DNA of 45,251 nt, taken from the NCBI RefSeq assembly GCF_001194135.2, contig NC_068986.1, positions 59,889,483 through 59,934,733 on the forward strand, read 5' to 3'. Made by a program: the position numbers and the translations under genes. Position 1 is the first letter of the stretch; the number at the start of each line of letters is the position of its first letter. The stretch comes from Octopus bimaculoides (Eukaryota). This document shows positions 12,140 through 27,430 of the stretch, one piece after another. Under the pieces are notes generated by a model. The model saw only the letters and a list, made by a program, of their open reading frames with translations, did not search any database and was not told where the DNA came from.

Positions 12140-13429
12140 GGATAGAATGCACAGCTAGTGTCAAGTTTATGATTGGCAACATTTCAAAAATTTAAAAAAA
12201 AAAAGAATGACGGTGGTATTCTAAGAACATGAAATAAAGTAAAAAAAAAAAGAAAAAGAAACCCTTACATGGAGTAAAACTAGATTTGTCTCAGAATCCA
12301 GGTCAATAAGTTATATTGAGTAGCTTACAGTGTTTGATATACTATGAACTAGTATAACTGAAGCTAATATCAATTAGAATGGTATTTTTGAATCTAAAAA
12401 TCTAAAAATAATATAACAGAAAAACAAACTGAAACAAGAAGATTTTCTTTTCATATATTTAGGTCTTAAAAATTATGTGTGCAGTGAGTGATATTTTATC
12501 TACTTACCTATGTATCATTATTTTTTAAAAATTGTTCATCTCATTTTTTTCACCCAATCATATTCCATCTATAAACCCATTTTGCAAGTTATTTACTCAC
12601 AGATGATATTTGACCAAAGAGTACAGAAAACTCCTTCAGAGAAACAAATGATATAAAATAGATTGATTGCTTCAATCTAAAACATCACTGTTTTCAATGA
12701 GCAGCTTTCAACTTTTAATGCCAGGAAACGTTTATGGCAACACTGGTTTCATATTGTATTTTATCTTTTATTTATTTGTCTGTTTCAGTTTTTTAATCAA
12801 TCAATAACTTAAAATTGGGGAAAGAAGGAGAGATTAAAGAAAAATAAAAAGAAAAATATAGCAATAAAAATTTCTAAGAGATTTTCCATCTCTAAGTTTT
12901 AAAAAATCAAAACTACACACAAAAAACTGTTGCAACAATGTTATCCACTACAAAAATCTAATATAAGTAAACTGGAGCCAAAAACCATAATATTTTGTCA
13001 GTTAATGCAAGTAATAAACATAAACTAAAATACAAGAAATATGAATTGTTTGCCTAACTACTTTTGTGTGTGTGTAAAATCATATTCTCTATAAATACAA
13101 ACATCAAAATTGAGCCCAATATGTTATAAGAATAATAAACTCAATCAACTTTTATGTCCTTTTCTATTATTTTGTAATCTGCTTTCACAAGTTAACTTTG
13201 CAACACTTTGCAGTTTTTGAGGGTAGTGGAGATTGGAGTGGGTGGAGAGAACAGGAGTGGTAAGATGGTGGGAGCGATGGAGATAGGGTATGGAGATGGC
13301 TAGGGTAGGTGTTTTAAGTCCCACCACCACCAGTCTTTCATCGGGAAGGGGTTTGACAAAGTAACTATTAGTATTTAACTGGTGATCAATCGAGACACTT
13401 GATAAATCTTTCTTGCAAGTATCTTCTGG

Positions 13430-13801
13430 TTTTGCTTCCCAACCATGTGGTCTTGGGTTCAGTCCCTCTGTATGGCACCTTGGGCAAGTGTCTTCTACTA
13501 CAGCCCAAGGCTAACCAAAGTCTTGTGAGTGGATTTGGTAGTGGAAGCTGAAAGAAGTCCATCATGTGTGTGTGTGTGTGTGTGTGTGTGTGAGCATATG
13601 TGGGTATGTGTGTGTGTGTCTGTGTGAGTTTGTTCTCACCCACCACTTAACAACCAGCAGTTGCTTTGTTTACATCCCCATGATCCAGCAATTTGGCAAA
13701 ATGTGTTCAAGTACTGATGTTGATTTATTTGACTAAACCCTTCAAGGCAGTGCTCCAGCATGGTTGCAGTTTGAAGACTAAAAACAGAAAAAGATAAAAG
13801 A
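13430..13801 (+). mobile_element. SINE family A (sense copy)
   Basis: gggttcagtccc...ggcaccttgggcaagtgtcttctac head/core, internal (TG)n, and a gataaaaga tail. Confidence 0.85.
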
Positions 13802-14091
13802 CATAATTGAAAATAAATAAAAGCATGAACCAGTGAGGGAAACACCACAGAATCACTTTATCTGTTAAAAGTAGCATTTGAATACTCTTTCAGATCACAT
13901 CCTACTATCTTAAAAACGCTAAGACATAGTGGATAGTGTAATCTGAGATTAGTGATATGAGAGCTAATCTATGACTTAAGGGCGTAGGCTTTTGGATAAT
14001 ATGTGATAGACTTTGAAAAAATTATTAAATATTATGTTTATAAAAAAACTTATTAGTAAACATTTGCCTAAAAGTAATATATATATATCAA

Positions 14092-14310
14092 TCATCATCA
14101 TCAACATTTAATATCCATTTCCCATGCTGGCATGTGTTGGATGGCTTGACAGGAACTGGCAAGGCCAGGAACCACACCGCATTCCATAATTTGTTTTGGC
14201 ATGGTTTCTATGGCTGCATGCTCTTCCTAGCACTAACGATTTTAAGGAGTGTAATGGGTGCTTTTTATGTGGCACCAGCACCCACACCAATGCTTTTTAT
14301 GTGGTGCCTT
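14092..14310 (-). mobile_element. RTE-type 3' tail or RTE-mobilised SINE (family C)
   Basis: (CAT)n followed by ccatgctggcatg...ttcctagcactaac, the reverse complement of the RTE 3' end at 29850-30003. Confidence 0.78.
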
Positions 14311-14609
14311 GATTTTAATATCTCAATTCTGTTGTGGTGGATGGTGGTTGGGCCTTCTCAAGTACAGCAATGTGACATCATACACACACACACAAGCACA
14401 CACACACACACATGCATATATACACTCACATACATACATATACAGTCACATATACATATAAATACATACATACAGACCCACAGAACACTTATATACTAAC
14501 ACTTATATACTAACCATATACACCAATGCATATATATGTGCGTGTGTGTGTATATGTATATATACATATATATATATGTAACACTGCACAAATTTTTATA
14601 CTGTTCTTT

Positions 14610-17600
14610 TGTGGTATAGTGAAACTGTACACCCCTTTTGGTAAAAAGTGGTAGTAGCCATCCATTATAAATAGACCAGTAGCCGGTTGGCAGTAAAAGG
14701 TCAAAGGTCGAGAGTACATGTAGACTGTATTGATAATCGTGTCTGTGCTGATATAGTAATCATACTGTAATACTGAGTGGATGTTATAATGGTCCAGCCT
14801 TTTGAAGATAATAACACTATGACTGGTGGTCATACAGTGCCAGATAGAACTATTCTATGAACAACTCCGGAATATAACAATACATGGTCTGAACAATATG
14901 TGGTCTGATCCGGACTGTAGCCATAGTAACGAAGCTAAAACATGCAGAGTGAAGTCACTTGACACAGATTGAATTGAACTCAGTTGTGCATGCGCACTAA
15001 GTTTAACGCTCTACCTCGCTTCCACTGTTTTCCAGCAGTGCTTAGAAAGAAGGTGTGTAACATGCAATCGTTGCATTGACCATAACAAAGAAAGTTGAGC
15101 AGAGAATCTGCATCAAATGTTGCCAAAAGCTTCGCGATACCTGCCCAGAGGCCTACAAAAAGTTTTCATTATTCTTGACACAATCAACGAGATCTTGTGC
15201 TCTTGTGCAACTGGAACCTGAGTGTCTTATTGGTCAGCTGAAAGCAGTTTTGGCACAAACTTGGCAGACATGTGCCTCATACCCAAATCTTCAGTGATAA
15301 TGGACTGAACTGAACCATAACTAATCTGTACATCCTTCGATAACTCACAGATGGTGATTTGATGATTTCCTCTCACAGCTGCATGCACGTCTGCGATGTT
15401 TTTCTCAGTTCTGCTGGTTGCAGGTCTCCCAGAACGTTTGTCAATGTCAACATTTTTGTGGCCATCTTGGAAACGTCTGAACCACTCATACACTTGTGTG
15501 CAGCTGATACACCCCTCTCCATACACTTTCTGCAACTTTGCATAAGCCTTAGAGCAAGTATTGCCATGACAGCTTTCTCTGTTATGGTCAATGTGACAAT
15601 CACACGCTACTCATCTTCATTCCAGGCCCTGCTGTAAACAGAACTGAGCTAGAATGTTCAAACTTAGTGTACATGCACAACAGAGTTCAAAGTCAATCGT
15701 TTCCAAGCAGCTTCACTCTGCATGCTTTAACTTCATTACTATAGCAACAGTCCGTATCTGTCAGAGCGACAACCATCGTCAAAAGACAGATACAACTGGG
15801 GTAAAAGACTGCTTTACAACAGTGGTAATGAGGAAAAACAAACTTACACAGAGTGAAAAAAGAAACAGTCACACAGAGAGTTTAAACTAATTCACATGGA
15901 AAATTAAATACCTCAACAAAAAAGAAATAAAAACCTTGTGCAAACTTACGAAAATTGTAAAGTATGGAGGACCTGTTAGCTGAGATAGTTGAGTAACAAA
16001 AACAGCAGCAACAACAACTCAAGGAACAATGAGAACAACAAGGATTGCAGCAGCAAATGTTACACCTAATGAAGTTGATAACCAATCCGGAGAACACATT
16101 TTCAGCTGACCACGTAGCAAATTCCACAAGCAAATTCAAATATGACCCCAAAGAAAGAGTAACCTTTGAGGTTTATTTTCAAAGATTTCAACAAATTTTT
16201 GGAAAAGAATGCCAGGACTGGACGGACGATATGAAAATGTGTCTAGTGTTAAGAATACGAGGGACAGCAGAGCATGAAATGCATAGTAACTTCATATTGC
16301 CAAAAAAAGCGTCCAACATAAATTTCACCGACATAGTTGACATCATCTATAAGCACCTTGCGCAATAGTGTAAATGGAGCAGTCAAACAATTGAATGAGG
16401 TCGATGAACTGAAACAAAAAAAAAGTGATGTGGAATATCATGCATGAACTACCAGTAACTTTGGAAGAGAAATGCAAGAAATAAATTTATTAATGAAACA
16501 AAAAGAAAACTTTGGTTGACAAAAGGACATAAAGGTCTGATGCAAAGAACCACCAAAATGTGAACGTGTACTCTATATGTGATGGTGTACTGATGTACGC
16601 TCAGAGAGTGGTCATACCACAGACATTGCAAAAGAGAATGTTAAAAGAGTTCCATGTGGGAAATCCAGGCATTTCTAGAATGAAAGTGTTGATGCAAAGT
16701 TTCATATACTGGCCAAACATGAACAAGGAAGTTGAAAACCTGGTAAAAGGCTGCAGAAGATGTGTACTGGCAGCGAAATTACCTACAACAAAATGTGAAC
16801 CTTGGCCAGGAGTGAAAATACCATGGTCATGATTACATATTGACTTTGCAGGCCCAGTAAATGGATATTATAACTTAATAGTAGTGGACAGCTACACAAA
16901 AGGGCCTCCGTTGCGAGGTGTAAATGACCAACCTCATATACAGTAATAAACTTCTTACATGAGCTGTTTGCAAGATTTGGTTTACCGGATATAATTGTAT
17001 CTGAACAGTTTGTATCCAGTGAGTTTAAAAGATTCTGTGAGATGTTCCTGTTAGAACATAAAACTATAGCACCATATTACAAGAATCAAATGGAAGGGCC
17101 AAACAGTTCACTGGTACTTTTAAGAGAACTTTAAAGAAAGCTAATAAGGAAGTCACAGACAAGGTTGTGATCCAACAATTCTTAAGAGTGTACAGGGTAA
17201 CTCTGAACCCAAATGCGACAGAAGAAAGTTCACCAACAGAATTAATGTTTGTCAGAAAGGTAAAGTCAGTATTCAATAAACTGTTACCAGTGAAGAAAAA
17301 AATATGTGCTAGTAAAGACATGCCAGAATTCTTTAGAATCAGTGATAAGGTGTATGTAAAAATGTACAAAAATGGTAAGCAATACTGGAAGAAGGAAAAA
17401 TTGTAACATACATAGGAAGAATGATGTATGGTGTAAGAAGCAGAAATAGAATGGAAAGGAGACATAGAAATCAGCTCAAGGAAAGAGTCATAGAAAAGGA
17501 ACCAACAAGAGCAGAAATACCAATGGATTGGCTATATGACACTTTACAGGTTCCAACACTGTAACAAAAAGTTGAAACCACACGTACAAAGAAAAGGAAG

Positions 17601-18051
17601 AACACTGAATTCCTAAAAGCAGACCCTAAAAAGAAAAGATATTGAATATACATACATATATATATATATATAAAGGTGGAGATAGGGTGAATAAAAGAAA
17701 TTGATTGTTAAATAAAATAATTAAAAGGGGAGATGTTGTATAGTGAAACTGTACATTCCTCTCAGTAAAAAGTGGTAGTAGCCACCCATTATAAATAGAT
17801 CAGTAGCTAGTTGACAGTAAGAGGTTGAAGGTTGAGGGTACTTGTAGACTGTGTTGATAGTCATGTCTGTGCTGATATAGTAATCATACTGTGATACTGA
17901 GTGGATGTTATAATGGTCCAGCCTTTTGAAGATAATAACACTATGACTGGTGGTCATACAGTGCCAGATAGAACTATTCTATGAAGGACTCCGGAATATA
18001 ACAATATCTGTCAAAAGACATACAACAGTGGTAAAAGACCTCTTTACAATA
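14610..18051 (+). mobile_element. Internally deleted Ty3/Gypsy LTR retrotransposon (K02A2.6-like)
   Basis: The 5' LTR (14610-14882 plus 15755-15821) is split by a mariner; the 3' LTR is 17734-~18051. Both start TG. PBS-like tggtaatgagg at 15823-15833 and PPT aaaaggggaga at 17723-17733. Gag-like FKYDPKERVTFEVYFQRF. Integrase H2C2 (EFHVGNPG...YWP...CRRC) and core (LHIDFAGP, LIVVDSY). No protease or RT seen, and no clean TSD. Confidence 0.92.
14883..15754 (-). mobile_element. Non-autonomous mariner made of two inverted 5' halves, inserted at TA in the Gypsy 5' LTR
   Basis: TA at 14881-14882 and 15755-15756. Inverted ends cggactgtagccatagtaacgaag / rc cggactgttgctatagtaatgaag. Transposase N-terminus appears on the minus strand (VYEWFRRFQDG...RSGRP...SAKFVPKLLSADQ) and on the plus strand (EQRICIKCCQKL). 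Confidence 0.9.
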
Positions 18052-18235
18052 CATCTGCAAATATATATATAGCTATGTGCACACATATATGCACACATAC
18101 ATACCTATAATTTCTTCCATGTACATATGCAACCAGATACAGACATGCACAGTCATATGTGCACATGTGCTTGAATATTCTTCACCAATGTGGCAGTGAG
18201 GGGTAGGAGGGGTGATGGGAATGAATTGAGAGAGT

Positions 18236-18550
18236 GCGTGTGTGTGTGTGTGTGTGTGTGTGTTTGTGTGTGTGTTGAACACTTCTTTCCTAATATCCTT
18301 GATGGGAATTAAAGATCTATTTACCATTAAAAGAAAGAAGGAAGGAAGGAAGGAAAGAACCTCAGACAGAAATTTAGAGCTATATGCCATTAACACTTTT
18401 AAGAAAGAAAGAAAGAGAGAAAGAAAGAAAGAAAGAAAGAAAGAAAGGAAGGACGGAAGGAAAGAAGGAAGGAAGGCAGAAAAGAAAGAAGGAAGGAAGA
18501 TAGGTAGATAGATGGATGGATAGGTAGATGGATGGATATAGATAGAAAGA
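18236..18550. repeat. (GT)n, (AAAG)n, (GGAA)n and (GATG/GATA)n microsatellite cluster
   Basis: Directly visible. Confidence 0.95.
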
Positions 18551-18742
18551 AACATAGGTGACATTTTTACTATCATTAAAGACTATTTCAATTCTGGTGA
18601 AAAAATTGGAGGACGGAAGGAAATTTAAAGCAATACAGAAGTCCTGTATTAGGATAGTAACAAAACAGAGAGGCTTGGAAAAAATAATTTTGCCGTGTTG
18701 AAGATAGAGATGTAGTTATATTTGTATTACTTATCATCAACA

Positions 18743-18773
<31 letters not shown>

Positions 18774-19051
18774 CTTATAAGTACTACATCTTTCTCTCTC
18801 TCTCTCTCTCTCTCTCTTTCACTCTCACTCTACATATGCATGTATGTGTGTGTGGAGGGAAAGAGAGAGAGAGAGAGATGGACGAATGGAAGGATGGATA
18901 TAAGTATTATCTATATGTATGTATGAGAAAGTTAAAGAAAGGGTAATTGCTCAATTAATAGCACTCAACCAAAAGTAAACAACTATACATGGCATTCATC
19001 AACCCAGAATAAGCCCTCAACATACCCCTTGCTCCATGATCTTGTTATTGC

Positions 19052-19272
19052 AGGAGCTGGAAGTAAATGAATGGCTAGTGAGAGCCACTCAAGCCATGTA
19101 CAGAGACATTGCCAGCAAGGCGAGCATTAACAATAAGTACAACAGTGTACAGGCAGGACTTCACCAGTGTTTGGTTATCAGTCTCCTCCCACCTATCACA
19201 ATACTCCGAGCCACAACTGAGATATACAAGACTGGCCCCTCGTGGGAACACATCCTTGCTGACTTGCTGGCA
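19052..19272 (+). mobile_element. RTE LINE RT fragment
   Basis: LEVNEWLVRATQAMYRD...VQAGLHQCLVISLL...GPSWEHILADLL, a degenerate version of VHQGSVLSP...WELLYADDL. Confidence 0.78.
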
Positions 19273-19321
19273 GAGAAAGAGAGAGAAATAGAGGTATATC
19301 AAATATCATATGACATAAATT

Positions 19322-19653
19322 CCTGATTTATTAAAATTATCTCTGTTTCTTGAGGGTTTCATAAGTACCAAATAGTAATTCAGACTAGCTCCATATGAGA
19401 AGGGAAAATAATTTCAAGAGCCAAGAGTTCTCCCAAGTTGACATGCCATTAAAGAAAAGGACAAACTTATTGTCTAGAGATGAGGACAGTCGTAGACATG
19501 TGTTTCTTATTTCCAGACAATATGCCCATCTTTTCCTTTGAAGACTTCTTGATTCTTGACATTATCTCCCCTTTTCATATGGAACTGATCTGAATTGCCA
19601 TGTGATAATTATGACTCAGTGTCAAGAGGTAGAGATAATTTTAATAAATCAGG
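19322..19653. mobile_element. MITE with long terminal inverted arms
   Basis: Perfect 23-bp inverted termini cctgatttattaaaattatctct (19322) and its complement ending 19653. Imperfect homology continues inward for ~115 bp (aattcagactagctccatatgagaaggg vs aattcagatcagttccatatgaaaaggg). TA at 19654-19655. Confidence 0.8.
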
Positions 19654-19829
19654 TATTTATATTGTATGGTACTTGATATACCTCTGTTTATTCATGTTGT
19701 TTAAATGCATGCCACTGACCACTGAATTATTTCTCTTAGCTCATTTCTCTTTACATACATGCTTACACACATACACACACACACACATACTGACAGACAG
19801 AGGGACTGTGGCATCTACCTGGCCACAAA

Positions 19830-20370
19830 AATAAAGGTGTACTGAGCAGTAGTGCTGACCTCTCTCCTATATGCTTGTGAAGCATGGACATTACAGGTGC
19901 TATATTAAATGGTTAAACTCATTCCATCTTTGCTGCCTTTATTCAATTTGTAACATCAAGTAGTAGGATGAAATCCCCAACACAGGTTCTAGCAAGATGT
20001 GACATTCTAAGCATAGGGAGTTTCCTTATCAAAGTGCAATTGAAATGGGTTGGTCATGTGGTATGCATGGAAGACACTTGCTTACCTATTATGGTCTGCT
20101 TAGCTATCCTCTGCTCCACTCTAAAGACCTACTATAAAATTGGCAAGATAAATCTGAAGACATAGGAATTGGTAGCACTGAATAGAGTTCAGTGGAGAAA
20201 TTCTTGCTACCAAGCTATTTCCAACTTTGAGACAGCCAGGATCAACATCCTGGGGAAGAAAAGTGCCCGCCATAGAGCAGGTCCAATCTATCCTACTGCA
20301 ATGCCCACAACAAGATCTGCAAATCCTGGATAGGCTTGGATTCCCACATGAGATAACATGGCAAAACATT
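19830..20370 (+). mobile_element. Decayed RTE LINE 3' fragment
   Basis: AVVLTSLLYACEAWT...FHLCCL...VLARCDILSIGSFLIKVQLKWVGHVVCMED, typical of the RTE RT C-terminal region. Confidence 0.82.
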
Positions 20371-21351
20371 GAACTGAAAACACGGTGCAGCTGTGTCTTG
20401 CTGATCCCTCATTCACTAAAGCAATGAGAGAGTCCAACATATATAAATGATACTCTAATAACAGGATTATTAAAGAAATTAAAATTTCAACATTCTAAGC
20501 CAAAGAAGGTTTGTCATCACTGTCTTAGATATACTTTGTTTGAATAAAAGACAGAATGATTACTACTGGAATTGTTTGGTCAGGTTTGACCAAAGACTGA
20601 AAAACAAAAATAAAGGCAGGGCTGAAGATTATGTCTTAAAATATTATGTAGCAAATAAATCTAAGAACCAAGCCCTTGGTAATGTGATAGTACTAATAAT
20701 ACACACCTTCCCAAGGGTCAATTCAATTAACTATACTCCTCCCTTATAGATTAATAATTAAATGATTCTACCTATTTAGCTCCAGGTCAAACCTGATTGT
20801 GCAGGCCTATGATCAAATGCAATCCAATCCTGTTCTTTTTTCTTTTTGGTGGTAGAATGGCTATTTAGGACTACTTTATCTAATGTGTCCTTACAGTAGC
20901 ATAAACTACTATTACTAGTATGTCATAATATTTAAATGATTGAATGGAGTATAAGTAAGCTTTTGAGTTTCAATGCTTATGATCTGATATTGTTTCATTT
21001 GAGAAAGACATGAAAAGTCACATTATATTCAATAACTATAAAACCACTGCCTATGTATATGGAACCAATAATCAATTAGTTGCAATTAACTTGAAAATTT
21101 TGATAATTTAAATTTTACAGACAATAAATTGGCAATTTTTTTCAAAGGAATTCATGGAAACTTGTGTGACAATAGTATCATGTTGTAGAGCAGGTGGTCC
21201 CAGAGACTCAGGTAATGGGGAGAGGAAGATGAAATGGATGATGAGACAATGTTCTACATATAATGGTGAGTAAATTGCTACTATTGCCTCCTGAGCAACA
21301 TTAAAGCAGTTCCATCCAAAGTTTAGCAGTGATTCTCTATTGACCATCCCG

Positions 21352-21570
21352 ATATGTCTTAGCTGCATATGTTTTGCCCATGGGGAAATTTGAACTCATC
21401 CCTGGATGCTATGAAATACTTTTTAGTAGTACTTTGTTCCTCCTGTGTACAGAAGTAAGCTATAATGCTATATGGAATTTATTTAACATTAGAACAAGCT
21501 ACAAAAGAACTTCACAAGCCAAAGAAGCTTCTATATGGTTGCTTAACATCCTAGAAATCCTTGACTAGAT
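21352..21570 (+). repeat. Unclassified interspersed repeat; inverted copy at 31448-31660
   Basis: ORFs 21374..21568(+) and 31581..31766(-) share PMGKxELIPGCYEILFS, and the DNA aligns in reverse complement over ~210 bp. Confidence 0.85.
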
Positions 21571-22837
21571 AGAAATACATAAAAGACAAATCTTTCTCAA
21601 ATTACATTACAATTTTAAAAAATGAAAGGACATACTGTGTCTAAAAAATAAAAAGACAGGATTGTCACAGATGCAAGGTCTTTGATCATAGGTCTTGTTA
21701 ATCAGGGCTAACCTGTCGCTAACAATACATTTGAGTGTATAAGGTGGTTAGGAACAAACTTTGTGGAGTAAGATACAATGCTCCATAGTCAAACAAAAAA
21801 AACTGCTGATAATAATTCTTTCAAATGTGCCAGTGAACATGAGAGCTTATGCCTAGCTCCAGTTTTATAATGAGAAGTAGATGAGACTGAACTACTGCTT
21901 ATTCCTTGTAACTAAGATAATTTAGAATAAAGTGTTCTGATCAGAAGTGCAGCAGAATGCCAACCAGCAAGTGTGACTCATGAGCTGAGTAATATGAAAC
22001 TTATAAAGCACAACTAATTCACCTATACATTTAGTCATAAACCTACATCAAATATCACAGAAAGAGGATTAGAAGGAGAAAGAAATATACAAAAGAAAAT
22101 AGAGAGGGTAAGTGAGATAAAAAGAAATATACATTTACACACACACACACACACACACATCCATCTACCTTGTCATTTATCATTGATTTGTTCATCACTG
22201 ATCTGCAATAATATGGTAAGCTCATTGTGAACTGTATTACATTTATCACAAATTGATCTGTAATAATACAGGTTGGTGATCCATCAAAGATTCTATTTGG
22301 ACCACAAAAGTGCATGCCAGTGACCGTCCACAAAGCTCAGGACAGCTTGAGGTCTCAGAATGAAATCTATTTCCCCCCATACATTCTATTATTCATTTAA
22401 CATGGTGTTTTATCAGAGCTAAATATCCATGATAAATGAAGATGGATGTATAAGCATGTAGCAATACACTTGGAGTAGTAATGAAGTGAATCATCAGATT
22501 CAAACAAAGCTACGTATTTTATGTAGGAGGAAACATATACACATATATTTATTGGTGGAGGGGATGTACACATATTTATTCACATCTTATCACTCAGTGC
22601 CATGTCTGGAGGCAATAATAAGATGAGGGTAATTGACGATGAGAGGTCCAGTATAGTCTGGTTGAATGATATGGCAGTAATTTATTCTACTCAAGATATT
22701 GAATGCTCTTCATTTAGTGGGTAAAATTATTTTGCAAGAAGTATTTACTAATACAACTCTCCTCCCTCCCCCACAGCCCACACACGCACATTCATAGATA
22801 GCTAAACAGAGAGACACCTAGATGGATAGATGGAGGA

Positions 22838-25586
<2,749 letters not shown>

Positions 25587-26562
25587 GGTAGGCTATCCAA
25601 ATATGTTGATTGTTTTCAGACATGTTAAACATTCTACTTGATTGACATGAAACTAAACTGAATATTTAACAGTTCACACTCAACTAAGTGCATGCAGGCT
25701 TGGTCAGCTATTAGCTGGTTTTCCATAATGCCTACTTTTGTTAGTCAATCATATCTCATTAAAGCCTGAGATTAGCAACACACAGCTTTTCTGAAAGAGA
25801 GAGCTTTTCTTGGAGATTTCGCCTAATGGAAGAAGGAAGCAGTGGCAAACTATAAATGCATGGCAAGATAAGAGAAAAAAAATCAATAAATGGTTATAAT
25901 GAATGAGAGTAAATGTATATGTAGATAGATGTATATGCTTATATGAAAAACTGAACAATTCTCTGTGTGTGTATGTGCATGTATGCAAAAATGTAGACAC
26001 AAGTATGGTAGAGTGGTAAATAAGTTTTTTTCACAATTATGAGGTCCTAAGTATGATCCCACTGCATGGTATTTTGGGTAAATGTCTTTTATCATAGCCT
26101 CAGTCTACACAAGCTTCTTGAGTGAAACTGAGTTGACAGAAACTGTGTGGAAGATCATCAGATGGACTGTATGAATGTACCTTTAATTCAAAGAGACAGG
26201 CTTGTCTCACAACACAGTAGTAACATGCTGATTCTGCCAGAGAATTATGTTAAGAGTACAAGCGTCTCAGAAATACTCAGCTACTCTCACATTATTTCAA
26301 TAAACAGGCAGTTCAGTTCATTGAACAATGGGAATACTAACTTTGAAAACTAAGAGAAATCCATTAACATAGATATATGTGAATTTTCATATTTGTACAG
26401 GCATCAAATAAGATTCATGGCAGGCAGATCTCTGCCGATGGAAATCCTTATCATAATAGCCTTCTAAATACTAACATGTCAAAAATTGAAATGCTTTAAA
26501 CATTTCTGTTTCAATTATTATCATTGAATTCATCATTACTACTTCAAGTCATTTTTTAATAC

Positions 26563-26780
26563 TAAGACTGTAATGGTTTGGTCATGTGATGCATATGAAT
26601 GAGAGCAGCTGTATAAGGAAGCGCTAAATGCTTAAAATGGATAGAACTTGTGGAAGAGGGAGACCCAGTAAGATATGGGATGAAGTAATGGGGTTTAATT
26701 CCAAGATATTGAACCCCACAAAGGAGATGACAATGGACCAGGATATCTGGCGATATGTGATTCTTGAGAAGACCCATCTA
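26563..26780 (+). mobile_element. RTE LINE ORF C-terminal fragment
   Basis: RL*WFGHVMHMNESSCIRK...TCGRGRPSKIWDEV...DIWRYVILEKT. Confidence 0.82.
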
Positions 26781-27254
26781 TCTTAGTGAAACTAAGTTTT
26801 GGATGTGCTGTGTATTATGTGTTCTTTGTCCACACATTACATTGATTCATCCAGCTCCATGAACCAAACTACCCTTCATCATGCACTATGCCCACCTCTC
26901 CTCACCGTTCCTGCAGCCTAATCCCACCTTGTCATCTCTCTCTCTTGTCCTCCTCCCTCTATTAACTGTATTTTTACTATCCTGCCACTCTCTTTTGCAT
27001 CTCTATTTTCCCCAATTCACGATTCATCGGACATTACCTTTCAAGCCTACTCAACTTCTATAGCTACAAGCTGCCACCCCATCCCCTCAAATTCTGCTTC
27101 CCATCCAACCGTGCAATAGCCTGACCCACTTCTACTTTACTCCTTCTTCAAGAAACTGCTCTGTCCTTCCCCACTGTTCTGATATAGTAACTTTTCATCC
27201 TCTTACATAAGACCATCCATAGCCATGCAAGCAGCATAGCAACCTCAATAGCAC

Positions 27255-27430
27255 TGGTGACAAGGGGAAAAAATCACCCAGTACATACTGTAAAGTGGCT
27301 GGCATTAGGAAGGATATCCAGGTGTAGAAACCATGTCAAAGTAGTCCTTAGAGCACGATGCAGTCCTCAGAACCACTGGATCCTGTCAAACTATCCAATT
27401 CCTGCCAGCATGGAAACATTGATATTAAAT
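27255..27430 (+). mobile_element. RTE-type 3' tail (family C) preceding the large RTE
   Basis: ggcattaggaaggatatccagg...ccagcatggaaacattgatattaaat resembles 29850-29985. Confidence 0.75.
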
